A stretch of DNA of 64,000 nt from an uncultured Methanomicrobiales archaeon (GCA_963697895.1 OY969100.1:704001-768000), one strand, 5' to 3'. Positions 12,222 through 23,698 are shown, numbered from the stretch's first letter. The notes: generated from the letters alone by a model not told the origin. Numbers and translations are program-made.

Positions 12222-12512
12222 ACGAAATCATTACCGTTCGGGATAATATTCATACCGGTTGTTGAAACCGCGAACACCGGGTGCTTCATCCCGCACGTTC
12301 ACATCAGGGGTTCTGAAGGGTGAATTAAGCCGATGGGTTTTTTCATGAAAAATACATGCGATAAAGCCATAATAGGGGGTATCTCACCGTTGGATGAAGG
12401 GGAAGTTTTCAAGACAAATTTCAGCAGGAAGTCAGCGCAGGGAGTGATGCCGGGAGAGAACCTTTTTTGACTCATCCGAAGAAATAATAGTATACCTGAG
12501 GGAGTGTGCAGA

Positions 12513-13316
12513 ATGGAGAATATTAAACGGGAAGAAGCCCAGACGACCGTTCTTGAAGACGCCCCTGATTACTACATTGAATTATCCGAATATCTCGAGG
12601 TGCTCTCCAACAGCCAGCGGCTGAAGATCCTGAAAATTCTTGAAGTAAAACCGCGGGATGTCAGATCGATCGCATCCGAGATCAGTACCAGTTACGAAAA
12701 CACCAAAAAGCACCTGGACAAGCTGATCAGCATGGGGTTGATAAAGAAGGAGGTCGGTCTTGGGCAGCAGACCTCCAAAGGTGTTCATCCTGTCTGGAAA
12801 TATTCCCTTGTTCCAGGAGCCATGGAAGCAATAGTCCGGAATCTGGGTATATTTTCCAACATGAAAATAAATCCGGTTAATCCGGAACTGCACAAACGAC
12901 TGGACGATGTACGGGGCCAGGTTGCCGAGGAGCTTGCGGGGATCACGCCGATGGTGGTAGTTCTGGGAGGGCCGGATGATGGTAAATACTTCCTTCTGAC
13001 CGAACCCCGAATGAGCATCGGACGGATCGATCCCGGGCAACCCGGGCGCTCTTCGGAACATGACGTAATTTTATCGACGGATTACGCAGCAGTGAGCCGT
13101 GTGTCCAAACCTCACGGGAAGTTCATCCTGGAGAACAGTGAATGGTACATCGAAGACAGTGGAAGCACGGGAGGAACGTTTGTTAATGCACACCCCGTTA
13201 CCCGTCATACTCGTGTCATCGTTCATGACGGTGACCTCATAGAACTTTCGCGGGGACCCACCGGTGCCAAATTGCTGATCATCCTCCCGGCTGAGGAACA
13301 AAAGGATCGATCGTAA
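12513..13316 (+). CDS. ArsR-like winged-HTH regulator fused to a C-terminal FHA domain
   Basis: [13 protein letters not shown]...[11 protein letters not shown] (HTH); [24 protein letters not shown] and GDLIEL (FHA). Confidence 0.85.
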   Translation: MENIKREEAQTTVLEDAPDYYIELSEYLEVLSNSQRLKILKILEVKPRDVRSIASEISTSYENTKKHLDKLISMGLIKKEVGLGQQTSKGVHPVWKYSLVPGAMEAIVRNLGIFSNMKINPVNPELHKRLDDVRGQVAEELAGITPMVVVLGGPDDGKYFLLTEPRMSIGRIDPGQPGRSSEHDVILSTDYAAVSRVSKPHGKFILENSEWYIEDSGSTGGTFVNAHPVTRHTRVIVHDGDLIELSRGPTGAKLLIILPAEEQKDRS

Positions 13317-13326
13317 ATCGTTTTAT

Positions 13327-15933
13327 ATGAGAAAAATACTCAATCGAACCGTTATATTCTCTCTTATCGGCATCTGCCTTCTCCTCACAACGTGCATCCA
13401 GGTCTCGGTGGCCGCGCGGGCAACCTTTGAGATCACTGCCTCTGCTGGCCCGAACGGAGAGGTTATACCCGCCGGGACGACTCCGGTTCCCGCCGGGTAC
13501 ACTCTTATGATCGTTATCCTCCCGAATATTGACTACCGGGTGGAGAATGTCATGGTCGATGGCACCTCCGTGGGTCCCCTATCTTCATTTACATTCAGCA
13601 ATATCCGGGATGATCATACACTATCGGTCACCTTCATTCATGAAACAGGGTCGATTTCGATCGATTCAACCCCTGCTGATTCGGATGTATATATTGATGA
13701 ACAGTATTACGGAACGACGCCGTTCACTGCGACTGAAATCCCAACCGGTATTCACGATATCAGGTTAATTAAAACAGGGTTTGTTGAATGGACAACCTCG
13801 GTACAAGTAAGATCCGGGCAGACATCATCCGTTCTGACGACCCTGGTCCCGATCACCGCAACCCCCACTCCAACCCCTTCTCCCACTCCTACACCAACTC
13901 CTACTCCTACTCCAACTCCCACTCCTACCCCCACGCCGAGTCCCACTCCTACACCAACTCCTACTCCTACTCCAACTCCCACTCCTACCCCCACGCCGAG
14001 TCCCACTCCTACACCAACTCCTACTCCTACTCCAACTCCCACTCCTACACCAACTCCTACTCCTACACCAACTCCTACTCCCACTCCTACTCCCACTCCT
14101 ACCCCCACGCCGAGTCCCACTCCAACTCCAACTCATACTCCAACTCCCACTCCTACACCAACCCCTACTGCGACTAAAACTCCTAGTCCCACTCCCACTA
14201 AAACTCCAACTCCTACTCCAACCCCAAGTCCAACTACGATCCCCGCCACAACATCAACCACCGTTCCCACCACTATCCCGACAACAATTCCAACGACCGG
14301 TCCGACGACCATTCCCACCACCATCCCGACAACAATTCCAACGACCGGTATGACAACCATTCCCACCCCTCCTCTGACCGATCCGGCGACCTTCCCGAAT
14401 GGTACCATTCAGCCCACCCCACAGGAGACGGCGATGCCACTAACAGGAGAAACAGGGACGAATAACTCATCAACAAACCAGACAGCAGGAACCCCATTAA
14501 TCCCGCTGGGGGGGCTGCCAGCACCGGGACCGATCTATATTATTCCCATTCTTGCATCTCTCGGCCTTGTTCTTTCCCTCGATCTCATGGGATCGGGAAA
14601 TTTCAGGTTCTTGCAGCCCTTTAGGTTGCGTGTGGGCATCGCATGCGGGTATTTTGTCTCCGGTATCGCATTGCTATATACACTATCCTGGATGGTCAGG
14701 TCCGGATCTGCCCAGACAATGACGGGGCTCCTCCCTCTCTATATCCTACTCCTTGCACTGGTCGCCTATGTCACCATATCCTCGGGTGTGCTCATAGTGG
14801 GCTCCCTAACATCACGCCCGCTCCGGCTGACTCTTAAAACGCATTGGATCTTTGGGATTATTATTTTCTTCATCACCATACTGCTCTTTCTCGCACAACC
14901 CGTTCGGGAGAATTACCCTCTCGTCCTCGTCATCGCCGCGATACCGGTCTCGGCATTATTAGCCCGATGGCAGGACCACCAGATGGAGTATTCCCAAAGG
15001 CCGGGGGGGGCAGGATCATTCTCCTCACCCGGCCCGGGAGGGGCCGGTGGGACGAATGCAGGGGGCATGACTCAGATTGCAGGATCGACCCTGCAACAGA
15101 CCTTTCCCCCCGAATTATCCGACCGGTATACTGATATCCAGTTTATTGGAGTGGGAGGAATATCGCGGGTATTCAAAGCAACGAGCATCCGGGATGGGCA
15201 GATAGTGGCAGTCAAGATACCTACCCACTTTGATGAAACTGCCGGTAAGTGTTTCATGAAAGAGATTATGGCATGGGAAGGATTGCAGCATCCAAATATT
15301 GTGGTGATACGGGAAGTCAATATCCTCCCCATTCCATATGTGGAGATGGAATATATCAGGGCAACCTTAAGCGATCTGCAAAAACCGGTTCCGGTTCTTG
15401 ATGCGGTCAGGATTATGACTGGAATCGCAGAAGGATTATCATACGCTCATACCTGTGGAATAATACACCGGGATATCAAACCACAGAATATTCTCATCAC
15501 CCCCGATGGAACCCCTAAGATTACCGACTGGGGAATGAGCAAGGTCATCGGCACCTGCATAATACCTACGCTCACCGGATTCTCGCTCTCCTATGCAGCC
15601 CCGGAGCAGGTAGCTCCGGGAAAGTTCGGGGAGACTGATGAACGAACCGATATTTATCAGGTAGGGACCGTCTTTTATGAGCTGGTAACCGGACAAATTC
15701 TTCATCCGGGGGACGATCTCGTAGCGGTGAGTACCGAAATTGTATCCCGCCAACCGATCTCTCCATCAGAATATAATTCCGATGCAGCTCCTCTTGATTC
15801 AGTAATTTTAAAGTGCCTGGCGACCAGTCCAGCCGACCGGTATCAGACCGTCAAGGAACTCATTGCGGATCTGCAGCGTTTCAGGCCGGGAGGATCGCTT
15901 ACTAACGATTTGTTTGAAGAGGAATTCGGGTGA
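13327..15933 (+). CDS. Membrane receptor-like Hanks Ser/Thr kinase (signal peptide, Ig-like, PEGA, PT linker, about 5 TM, kinase)
   Basis: [32 protein letters not shown] and DIYQVG kinase motifs; PEGA-like ISIDSTP..VYID; long (TP)n tract. Confidence 0.9.
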   Translation: MRKILNRTVIFSLIGICLLLTTCIQVSVAARATFEITASAGPNGEVIPAGTTPVPAGYTLMIVILPNIDYRVENVMVDGTSVGPLSSFTFSNIRDDHTLSVTFIHETGSISIDSTPADSDVYIDEQYYGTTPFTATEIPTGIHDIRLIKTGFVEWTTSVQVRSGQTSSVLTTLVPITATPTPTPSPTPTPTPTPTPTPTPTPTPSPTPTPTPTPTPTPTPTPTPSPTPTPTPTPTPTPTPTPTPTPTPTPTPTPTPTPTPTPSPTPTPTHTPTPTPTPTPTATKTPSPTPTKTPTPTPTPSPTTIPATTSTTVPTTIPTTIPTTGPTTIPTTIPTTIPTTGMTTIPTPPLTDPATFPNGTIQPTPQETAMPLTGETGTNNSSTNQTAGTPLIPLGGLPAPGPIYIIPILASLGLVLSLDLMGSGNFRFLQPFRLRVGIACGYFVSGIALLYTLSWMVRSGSAQTMTGLLPLYILLLALVAYVTISSGVLIVGSLTSRPLRLTLKTHWIFGIIIFFITILLFLAQPVRENYPLVLVIAAIPVSALLARWQDHQMEYSQRPGGAGSFSSPGPGGAGGTNAGGMTQIAGSTLQQTFPPELSDRYTDIQFIGVGGISRVFKATSIRDGQIVAVKIPTHFDETAGKCFMKEIMAWEGLQHPNIVVIREVNILPIPYVEMEYIRATLSDLQKPVPVLDAVRIMTGIAEGLSYAHTCGIIHRDIKPQNILITPDGTPKITDWGMSKVIGTCIIPTLTGFSLSYAAPEQVAPGKFGETDERTDIYQVGTVFYELVTGQILHPGDDLVAVSTEIVSRQPISPSEYNSDAAPLDSVILKCLATSPADRYQTVKELIADLQRFRPGGSLTNDLFEEEFG
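13858..14370 (+). repeat. Low-complexity Pro/Thr linker containing 60-bp tandem units
   Basis: tcccactcctacaccaactcctactcctactccaactccc recurs at 13881, 13941 and 14001; (TP)n followed by PTTI repeats. Confidence 0.9.
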
Positions 15934-15940
15934 ATTACCG

Positions 15941-16754
15941 GTGAACGGAAAGATCCTTCTCGGTAATTCAGTTGCGGGCGTGACGTGCCAGGGCAGACGT
16001 CCCCAAAATGAGGATTCAATGGTGATCGAACCGGTTAGGAACGGTTATCTCTTTGCTGTTGCTGACGGGGTCGGAGGGCATAATGCGGGAGAAGTCGCAT
16101 CGGAGATAGCAATTCAGGAACTCACCCGTTATGTGGTCTCACAACTCGCGAAAGACCCTGCAGTCTGACCCCGGATTTCTCCTCAAGGATGGTTTTTCCC
16201 GTGCTCATGATGAGATAATCGGGAGAGCCACCGGAGAACGGGCGGGAATGAGTACTACCCTGGTCGCAGCCCTCGTTCTCGGTCAGGATCTGTTCATAGC
16301 AAATACGGGAGATTCACGAGCGTATCTGATCCGTGACGGGATCATCTTTCGTACAAGGGATCATTCTATCGTTCAGTCTCTGGTCGATAAAGAGCTTATT
16401 CCTGAAAATGAAAGACATTCTCATCCTTTTCGCTGTTACCTTACCCGCTGTCTGGGAGGAATATTTGAAACGGATCACTATCATATGACCCTGGAAAAGA
16501 ACGACCTGATACTCCTCTCCAGCGACGGATTCCACGAGTACGTTCCCGAATCGGAGATTACTGCGGGAGGAAAAGGACACCCCTTCAAAGAAATACTCGG
16601 GCGCCTCGTAAATCGGGCACTCGAAGAATCCGACGATAATATAACGATTATACTCTATCTGAACGGAGAGGGGGCAGAGAAGATTCAACACAGGCAGATA
16701 CAGTCATTCCCTTTTTCGTGCGATCAAGGCATCATTGATCTGTTTAACCCGTAA
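15941..16754 (+). CDS. PP2C/PPM protein phosphatase; apparent +1 frameshift at 16164
   Basis: First frame: GRRPQNED, AVADGVGGHNAGEVAS. Second frame: GMSTTL, NTGDSRAY, DHS, SSDG, SDDNIT. Deleting T16164 joins them as ...DPAADPG... Confidence 0.85.
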
Positions 16755-16818
16755 AACTATGTTCAAAACAGTCCTTTTCAAGCGGGAATTCTCCAGGAGT
16801 TTATCCCTGCACTATTTC

Positions 16819-17273
16819 TCAAAAAAGAGTAAGGAGACTTGTATTTCCTGATATTATTCTCTTATCGATATTGAGGATCCCTCCCGATCTCCCCCGGTTG
16901 TAATCGGATTTCAATTTGTTACCATGCGGAAACTGACCTGACTTCAGTTCCGCCATGACATTCCGATCGGCGTGTGTTCGAGAGTGGTGATTGGTGTGAG
17001 GCATGTCTGAAAGGTGCATTTGGATATTCCAGGTTCTTGTGTAGTCCCCATCTCGGTGTGATGCGTTTTTCGACTGATCTTTTCAGGGGAATACATCCTT
17101 CTCGGTGTGAATCCTGATCCTCCATTACCCATTTCTCACGGTCTCCCGGGAGAACCGGAATCATAGGGATCACGGTGATCACCCACCATTCACTGGCGAT
17201 GCACTCATGGAGGTATCATTATAGACATAATGATGAACATGAGTCCGATCCCCGCCATTACAACACGTATCAT
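16819..17273 (-). pseudogene. Degraded gene for a secreted protein
   Basis: AAGGAGG RBS, then ATG at 17273 and signal-like MIRVVMAGIGLMFIIMSIMIPP followed by a stop; only short broken frames downstream. Confidence 0.3.
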
Positions 17274-17572
17274 CGGTCTACCTCCTTGGCAATACATCCG
17301 GGAGCCGAACTCACCGGAGCAGCCTGAATGCGTCACCAATCTATCCATCGCCTTTCAGGAGAGATAAAATCCGATAATGGCGCCGGTTTGAAGACCATGA
17401 CGGAGGGACAGAGGATTGAACCAAACAGTTATATAAAGGATATAAATTTCCCGATATCCGGATCATCCGGGTAATTCTCCGGTGTTCATGGGGACCGGCG
17501 AAAAGAGCGATCGGATTCTTTCGCTGTGCGCCGCTCACCTTCCGTGAGAGAGATCGAAATATCCAGAAATCA

Positions 17573-19663
17573 TCAACAGGATTTATCCTCATACCGGTGA
17601 AATGGCTCGTTCATTTGCCGCGGAATGGACTTCATTCCGGCGAGGGTTCTTCCCACAGCCCGGAATGCCGCACGAATGTCTGAATAATTGGGAACTCCCT
17701 TATTCTGCAGGATGCGCATTCCGCTTCTCATGCTGTCTCCCCCCAGGAGGCATCCGACGATCATTTTGTCGGTATGCCGTGAAAAACGACAGATCTCCTG
17801 TGCAAGATGACCGGAGTCGAGCACTGCAGAGGGAACGGCGATGATGAATGCAATATCCCAAATATCCTGATGCCGGATCAGCACATCGAAGACCCGGGCA
17901 TATCGTTCTGCTCCCCCGTCACCAATAATATCCATCGGGTTTTCATGGCTCCAGATAGGAGGGAGAAACGAATTCAGTTCCTCCATCATATCCGAAGGGA
18001 TATCGATCAGATCGATCCCGTACTCTTCGGCATAGTCCGATGCCAGAACAGCAAATCCACCCGCTGCAGTGATAACGAGGGCCTTTCGACCGTGAGGGTA
18101 GCCTTCTGAAACGAGGAGCTCTGCAATATCAAATGTCTCGCTGATGGAATAGGCCTGGATTATCCCGCTCTGCAGGAACGCCGCCCGGTATATTTCATAA
18201 CTGCCGGCAAGAGATCCCGTATGGGAGGATGCTGCCTTTCTCCCCAGTCGGGAGGACCCTGATTTCAGTGCGATTATGGGTTTGTGGGATATGACCTCTT
18301 TTACCGTTTCCATGAATTCAGAACCATTCTTGATCTCTTCGACATAGAGAATAATTGCGCGTGTTTCCTGATCTTGAGAGAGAAACTGGAGAAATTCGAC
18401 GAAACCCAGATCGATCTGGTTCCCAATACTGATTATCCCGGAGAAACCGATATCCTCGGTCAGACTCCAGTCAACAATAGTCGTAATGATCGCTCCACTT
18501 TGAGAAATAAATCCAATATGACCTATTTTAGGCGAAACGGGGTCGAATGTGGTGTTTATTGCCTGCCGGGGGAGGACGAGCCCGAGGCAGTTTGGTCCCA
18601 TGATCCGAATCCCCTGTTCCCGGGCGATTCGGAGGACTTCCACTTCCCGCATCCTCCCCTCTTCACCCGTCTCACGAAATCCTGAAGATATGATCACGGC
18701 GAGTTTAACCCCTTTTAAGCCCAGTTCACGCAATACACCCGGTACCTGTTCAGCGGGAATTGCAATGACCGCGAGGTCGATCGTTCCGGGAACCGCCTGC
18801 ACGGAAGGATACACCACTCGCGAGAGGAGTTCCCGGTGATGCGGATTGATAGGATACAGTGCACCGGTAAAGGAAAGGAGATTACGGAGGATGGCGTACC
18901 CCACTTTTGTCGGGTCCGAAGATGCCCCGATGACCGCGATCGATGAGGGATAGAAAATTTGAGGGGAAACCGGCTCTTTCTGTTCTGACGATGCTTCAGG
19001 TGGCTGGTCGGTAACATAAATCCGGGCATCAACGACATATACTCCTGCAGTATGGAGAATAACCGGGTTTAAATCGAATTCCACCACCTGGCATTCTTCT
19101 GAGAAGAATGAGACCACCTTGAGAAGCAGATCCAACAGCGCTCCCTCATCCATTGCTGGATACCGGCGAAAACCCTGTATCATCGGGTACCCGCGGAGCT
19201 GACGGATCATCTCTTTCAGTTCCTCTTTCGGGACGGGTAAGACCCGTATGGCAATATCTTTCAGCAGTTCAACATAGACTCCCCCGAGGCCGATTGTAAT
19301 CACCTTGCCGAATGTGGGATCCGTTTTCCCCCCGATGATCATCTCGAGGCCGGAGGGGACCTGTTTTTCAGCAATGATACCGGATATCTCTGCTTCAGGG
19401 ATATTTTCACGAACATTTCTGGTGATGATATCAAAAGATTCCACTGCCTGCTGATCGGTGGATATATCCGTGATCACGCCTCCTGCATCGGTTTTATGCA
19501 CGACATCACGGGAGATGACCTTCATTACGACGGGGTACCCGATTTCAGCGGAAATCCGTGCCGCCTCCCCGGCATTCCGCACGATACGGTACGCCGGAAC
19601 GGGGATGCCAAATCGATCCAGGAGAACATACCCTTCCGGCTCAGTTAGCATCCTTATTTCCAT
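17573..19663 (-). CDS. ADP-forming acetate/acyl-CoA synthetase, beta-alpha fused order
   Basis: N-terminal ATP-grasp (VVHKTDAGGV, EFDLNP), then CoA-binding domain (AVIGAS, MGPNCLG, SQSGA) and phospho-His motif SHTGSLAG. Confidence 0.92.
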   Translation of the reverse strand: MEIRMLTEPEGYVLLDRFGIPVPAYRIVRNAGEAARISAEIGYPVVMKVISRDVVHKTDAGGVITDISTDQQAVESFDIITRNVRENIPEAEISGIIAEKQVPSGLEMIIGGKTDPTFGKVITIGLGGVYVELLKDIAIRVLPVPKEELKEMIRQLRGYPMIQGFRRYPAMDEGALLDLLLKVVSFFSEECQVVEFDLNPVILHTAGVYVVDARIYVTDQPPEASSEQKEPVSPQIFYPSSIAVIGASSDPTKVGYAILRNLLSFTGALYPINPHHRELLSRVVYPSVQAVPGTIDLAVIAIPAEQVPGVLRELGLKGVKLAVIISSGFRETGEEGRMREVEVLRIAREQGIRIMGPNCLGLVLPRQAINTTFDPVSPKIGHIGFISQSGAIITTIVDWSLTEDIGFSGIISIGNQIDLGFVEFLQFLSQDQETRAIILYVEEIKNGSEFMETVKEVISHKPIIALKSGSSRLGRKAASSHTGSLAGSYEIYRAAFLQSGIIQAYSISETFDIAELLVSEGYPHGRKALVITAAGGFAVLASDYAEEYGIDLIDIPSDMMEELNSFLPPIWSHENPMDIIGDGGAERYARVFDVLIRHQDIWDIAFIIAVPSAVLDSGHLAQEICRFSRHTDKMIVGCLLGGDSMRSGMRILQNKGVPNYSDIRAAFRAVGRTLAGMKSIPRQMNEPFHRYEDKSC

Positions 19664-19858
19664 TTGTATTCACTCTCCTCGCCAGATTATCCCCCATTTT
19701 CCGATTCTTCAGAGAAATCGTTCGGCGAATGCGAAAATCCGGAAACAATTGGTTCACGAAGACGATTCGTTCAGGGAATTAATGAAATGATCGTTCTGCA
19801 TGTTCTGGTTAAACCAGGTATAATAATCCTTATCGGTCAGGACAGGATTTAATTATGT

Positions 19859-21343
19859 ATGCAACCCGGAGAGTTTCGCGCTGCAATAGCGCGTATGCTC
19901 GAAAATAGACCCTCGTTTCTTCTTTCCGAACTTTGTACGGATCGTTTCCCGCAATTAACGCCCCGTGAATTTCTGGACATGATACAGCCTTATTGTCAGG
20001 ATATTCAGATTATTGCATCACCGCTGGGTGATGATTTCGAGATCCGCTCGTCCGCTCCATTTTTATCTTTGAATGAAAAAGAATACGCACAGCAACGCTC
20101 ATTTTTGGAAAACGCCCAAGTCCCCCGGCGCCTCGAAACGATCATAGAGGAGTACATATCTTCGAAGGTAGGGAAGAGCTGGCGAGATCCGGTCATTCTC
20201 GATCGCATCCGGAAGGCTATCATACGACAGAAGGACTGCTACTGGGCGGATGGGAAAAACAGGAAAATACGCTATGAAAAAGGGTATCAGGTCTGGGGAT
20301 ATCTCGCCTACCAGCTCCCGGTTTATCTGATTCAGTTTGAACATATTCTCTTCCAGCTCGCCCGGGAAGGGCTGTTGAAGAGAGATTTGAGACTACTCGA
20401 CGCAGGAACAGGACCAGGGGTCGTACCTCTGGCAACGATGGATTTTTTCCGCCGGCTCAATCGTTTCTCCCTCGACATCACTGCGATTGAGCAGTCTGAT
20501 GAACATATCGAAGCATATAATTATCTTGTCCCAGAATTCCGCGGGGATTCAGCAGAGATATGTATCCATCCTCCGGTAAAATCCGATCTCAGGACCATCC
20601 GGCGGGATCAGCTCCCGGATTGCGCGGATCTGATCGTCTTCCAGAATGTCCTGAATGAAATAACCGACCAACCGCGGGAAAAGGCAGACATTGTCAGGAA
20701 ATTCCTCCCCGTCCTCGCCGATGATGGCAGTATATTGATCATGGAACCAGCGGACCGCATGAATGCCACTGCTCTCCGTGTAGTGGTCATGGATCTCGTC
20801 TCCGGAGGGGTCGGATTGTATGGTCCGTGCACGCTTCTTCGTGGTGGTCCCTGTCAACCACAAAATTGCTGGACGTTTGAAGAACGGCCACCTATCAGGC
20901 CGACCACCCTCATGCAATCACTTGCTGCCGCAGGTCCCGAACCATACCGGTATGTGAACACCGATATAAAATATGCCTCTGCGATCCTCCGGAAGGATAC
21001 CCGTACGATGAAGAACTTCCGGATAACACCCAAGATGCGATATGCGCGTTTTTCATCGTTAAAGAGGCATGTCAGCCGGTATGTCAACGCAGTTGCGTGT
21101 GTCATGTCAGGAGACCTCGGGGATTCCCGGACCCATGTTTACAAGCTCTGCGATGGGACATCCGTAAATGCGGTATATGCAATACTTCCTTCGTATCACG
21201 CGACTGCATCAAACCGGGCATTGCTTTCCATCGGCTATGGAGATATCATCGCGCTGGATCAGGTTCTCGTCCGGTTTAACCGTCGGTATGAAGCATATAA
21301 TCTCCTGATAAATAAAAAAAGCAGGATCATACCTTTGAATTAG
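19859..21343 (+). CDS. Class I SAM-dependent methyltransferase-like protein (Rsm22-like)
   Basis: YLAYQLP, LLDAGTGPG, FQNVLNE, IMEPA, GPC..C..CW; C-terminal OB-like region. Confidence 0.7.
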   Translation: MQPGEFRAAIARMLENRPSFLLSELCTDRFPQLTPREFLDMIQPYCQDIQIIASPLGDDFEIRSSAPFLSLNEKEYAQQRSFLENAQVPRRLETIIEEYISSKVGKSWRDPVILDRIRKAIIRQKDCYWADGKNRKIRYEKGYQVWGYLAYQLPVYLIQFEHILFQLAREGLLKRDLRLLDAGTGPGVVPLATMDFFRRLNRFSLDITAIEQSDEHIEAYNYLVPEFRGDSAEICIHPPVKSDLRTIRRDQLPDCADLIVFQNVLNEITDQPREKADIVRKFLPVLADDGSILIMEPADRMNATALRVVVMDLVSGGVGLYGPCTLLRGGPCQPQNCWTFEERPPIRPTTLMQSLAAAGPEPYRYVNTDIKYASAILRKDTRTMKNFRITPKMRYARFSSLKRHVSRYVNAVACVMSGDLGDSRTHVYKLCDGTSVNAVYAILPSYHATASNRALLSIGYGDIIALDQVLVRFNRRYEAYNLLINKKSRIIPLN

Positions 21344-21554
21344 TATTGCGGATGGCATTTGAGGTCTTAACAGGCTGGATACCGTATCGATCTAGTTCGG
21401 GAGCTCATGACATAATTGATAAATCGGGGTACCCCAATATCATCATTGATTGAGGGTTCAGAATAAAGGGGTAAGGCGATGGATTCGGTAGATGTCAGAA
21501 CTAATGCAGGGTACATCGGGACCGCCCAGTATCCGGATGGGGGATTCTGATCGG

Positions 21555-22451
21555 ATGAGAGACATCATCTCCATCCGGGATATGCAACGTGATGCAATTG
21601 ATTCATTGCTTGACGAGGCACAGCAGATTCAGTGGCATCACTACGATGAAAATGCATTGAAAGGAAAGCTGATTGCGCTTCTGTTCTTTGAGCCCTCGAC
21701 CAGGACCCGAATGTCCTTCGAATCGGCTATGGCCCGGCTCGGGGGAACATCGGTCAGCGTGGGAAGTGTAGAGGCGAGTTCGATATCCAAAGGGGAGACC
21801 CTTGCAGACACCATTCGCGTAGTGAGCGGTTATGTTGATGCGATCGTACTCCGGCATCCGAAGGAAGGTGCTGCACGGCTGGCGAGTGAATTCGCAACGG
21901 TACCCGTGATCAATGCCGGAGATGGAGCGGGACAGCATCCATCACAGACGCTCCTCGATCTCTTCACCATTCGTCAATCAATGCCGATTCATGGAATTGA
22001 GGTTGGATTGCTGGGTGATCTGCGATATGGGAGGACCGCACACTCCCTCGCATATGCGCTCTCCCTCTACAATGCGCGAATCCATACGATCTCCCCAAAG
22101 GGGCTAGAACTCCCCTCATCCCTCATCAATGAACTCCGGTCCCAGGGGACATCGATTCGTGAGCACAATACCGTGGAAGAGGTGATCCGGGATCTGGACG
22201 TGTTATACGTTACGAGGATTCAACGCGAACGTTTCCCTGACTCGTCCTCCTATTTCAAAGTCGCATCAAGTTACCGGATCACGCCCGAACTGCTGACTAA
22301 TGTGCACGAACATCTCATCGTTCTCCACCCGTTGCCGCGTCTCGATGAGATCGATCCCCGTGTCGATGCACTTCCCTATGCGCGCTACTTCGAACAATCA
22401 AACAACGGTATACCCGTCCGCATGGCTATGCTGCAGAGGGTGATGGGATGA
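21555..22451 (+). CDS. pyrB: Aspartate carbamoyltransferase catalytic subunit
   Basis: FFEPSTRTRMSF, NAGDGAGQHPSQ, HPLPR; the start may be upstream at 21492. Confidence 0.97.
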   Translation: MRDIISIRDMQRDAIDSLLDEAQQIQWHHYDENALKGKLIALLFFEPSTRTRMSFESAMARLGGTSVSVGSVEASSISKGETLADTIRVVSGYVDAIVLRHPKEGAARLASEFATVPVINAGDGAGQHPSQTLLDLFTIRQSMPIHGIEVGLLGDLRYGRTAHSLAYALSLYNARIHTISPKGLELPSSLINELRSQGTSIREHNTVEEVIRDLDVLYVTRIQRERFPDSSSYFKVASSYRITPELLTNVHEHLIVLHPLPRLDEIDPRVDALPYARYFEQSNNGIPVRMAMLQRVMG

Positions 22452-22915
22452 AGATTAAAAATTCCCGCGAGGGGCTCCTGGTCAGTCCCATCCGGGATGG
22501 AACAGTCATCGACCATATCACGGCCGGTGAAGCATTGAATGTCCTGAAAATGATCGGGATAACCGGGTATACGAAGGAGTGCTTAAGCATTGCAACCAAC
22601 GTGGCAAGCCAGAAGATGGGAAAGAAGGATATCGTAAAGATAGAAAACCGGGAGCTTCGAAAGGAGGAGGTGGACCGGATCGCTCTTATCGCCCCTGATG
22701 TATCCATCAATATCATCAGAAATTATACCGTCTTTGAGAAGAAGGGAGTTGAAAAACCCGCATCTCTGGTGGGTGTGGTCAGATGCCCGAATCCCGGCTG
22801 CATATCGAATACCCATGAACCGATCGAAAGCCGGTTTGAGGTTCTCGGGAGTGGGTTGCGATGTATGTACTGCGACTGGTTGATAACCGAGGACATTACC
22901 AGTCATATCGTGTAG
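22448..22915 (+). CDS. pyrI: Aspartate carbamoyltransferase regulatory subunit
   Basis: GTVIDHI, KKDIVKIE and Zn site CPNPGCIS...RCMYC. Confidence 0.97.
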   Translation: MKIKNSREGLLVSPIRDGTVIDHITAGEALNVLKMIGITGYTKECLSIATNVASQKMGKKDIVKIENRELRKEEVDRIALIAPDVSINIIRNYTVFEKKGVEKPASLVGVVRCPNPGCISNTHEPIESRFEVLGSGLRCMYCDWLITEDITSHIV

Positions 22916-23201
22916 GGAATGAATCCTCCATGGCATTATCCTGGATGAATAGAATTTATATATGCCGGCTAACAAGAAATCGGCGATTATTTGGCTCCAA
23001 AACAGCAGTTGCATTTTGTGTTCCGGCAACGTGTCTATTTATCCACTGATATATTGGTTCGGGTTTCCGTTACGAAAAATGACGAATCAACACAGTAAGA
23101 GGAAGGAGTTCTTCCCGGTGAAAAATAGATCCGGATCCTTGGAAGATTTCACTCGCCTGAAAGTGGGCTGCGATATTCGTGAACCGGATACCAGCACGAT
23201 T

Positions 23202-23669
23202 TTAGGAATCTTTCGGGAGAACAGTACCATGTTCATCGATCTCACCCCGATAGATGCGCGTGCTGGATATCCAGCGTCCGTCCGCAGCGAGGACGCAGCT
23301 GATCTGGTGAATATCGACCTTTTTTTTTCCCCGTTCGCGGCGGATCCGGTTAATTTCTGCCGCGGTCGTGAGGGTCTCCTCGCTCACCACAAGGGCATCA
23401 AAATCTGCATCGATCGCTGATCCGAACCGGTCGTCCAGTGGCTCAATGGACCAGTGGGAGGGAAAACCCCTTTCAGCGATAAATTTAATCAGATTTTCTT
23501 TCCGCTCCCGAAAGGACCTTACCGGATGTGTCTTATGACTCGCAAATCGATCGGTGGTCAACCCGATAACCACGGAGCCGTTCTGTCCCGCCAGTTCGAA
23601 AGATCGGGAAATAAGTCGTTTATGGCCATCGTGGAGCGGATCGAAGGTGCCTCCCACCATAATCTTCAT
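23202..23669 (-). CDS. coaD: Phosphopantetheine adenylyltransferase (archaeal type)
   Basis: VGGTFDPLHDGH, LVVSEET, ISSTRI. Confidence 0.93.
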   Translation of the reverse strand: MKIMVGGTFDPLHDGHKRLISRSFELAGQNGSVVIGLTTDRFASHKTHPVRSFRERKENLIKFIAERGFPSHWSIEPLDDRFGSAIDADFDALVVSEETLTTAAEINRIRRERGKKKVDIHQISCVLAADGRWISSTRIYRGEIDEHGTVLPKDS

Positions 23670-23698
23670 GCATGTTCATGGTTAATTTTCTCATTATT

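Noticed and set aside
12250-12330. Short hairpins between the lipoprotein and HTH-FHA genes
   Set aside because: Stems of 4-5 bp are within chance expectation.
13752-14408. (GV)n, (SY)n and (RS)n ORFs
   Set aside because: Alternative-frame readings of the kinase Pro/Thr linker.
17573-19663. Reversed beta-alpha domain order in the acyl-CoA synthetase
   Set aside because: Domain shuffling is well known in the NDP-forming acyl-CoA synthetase superfamily.
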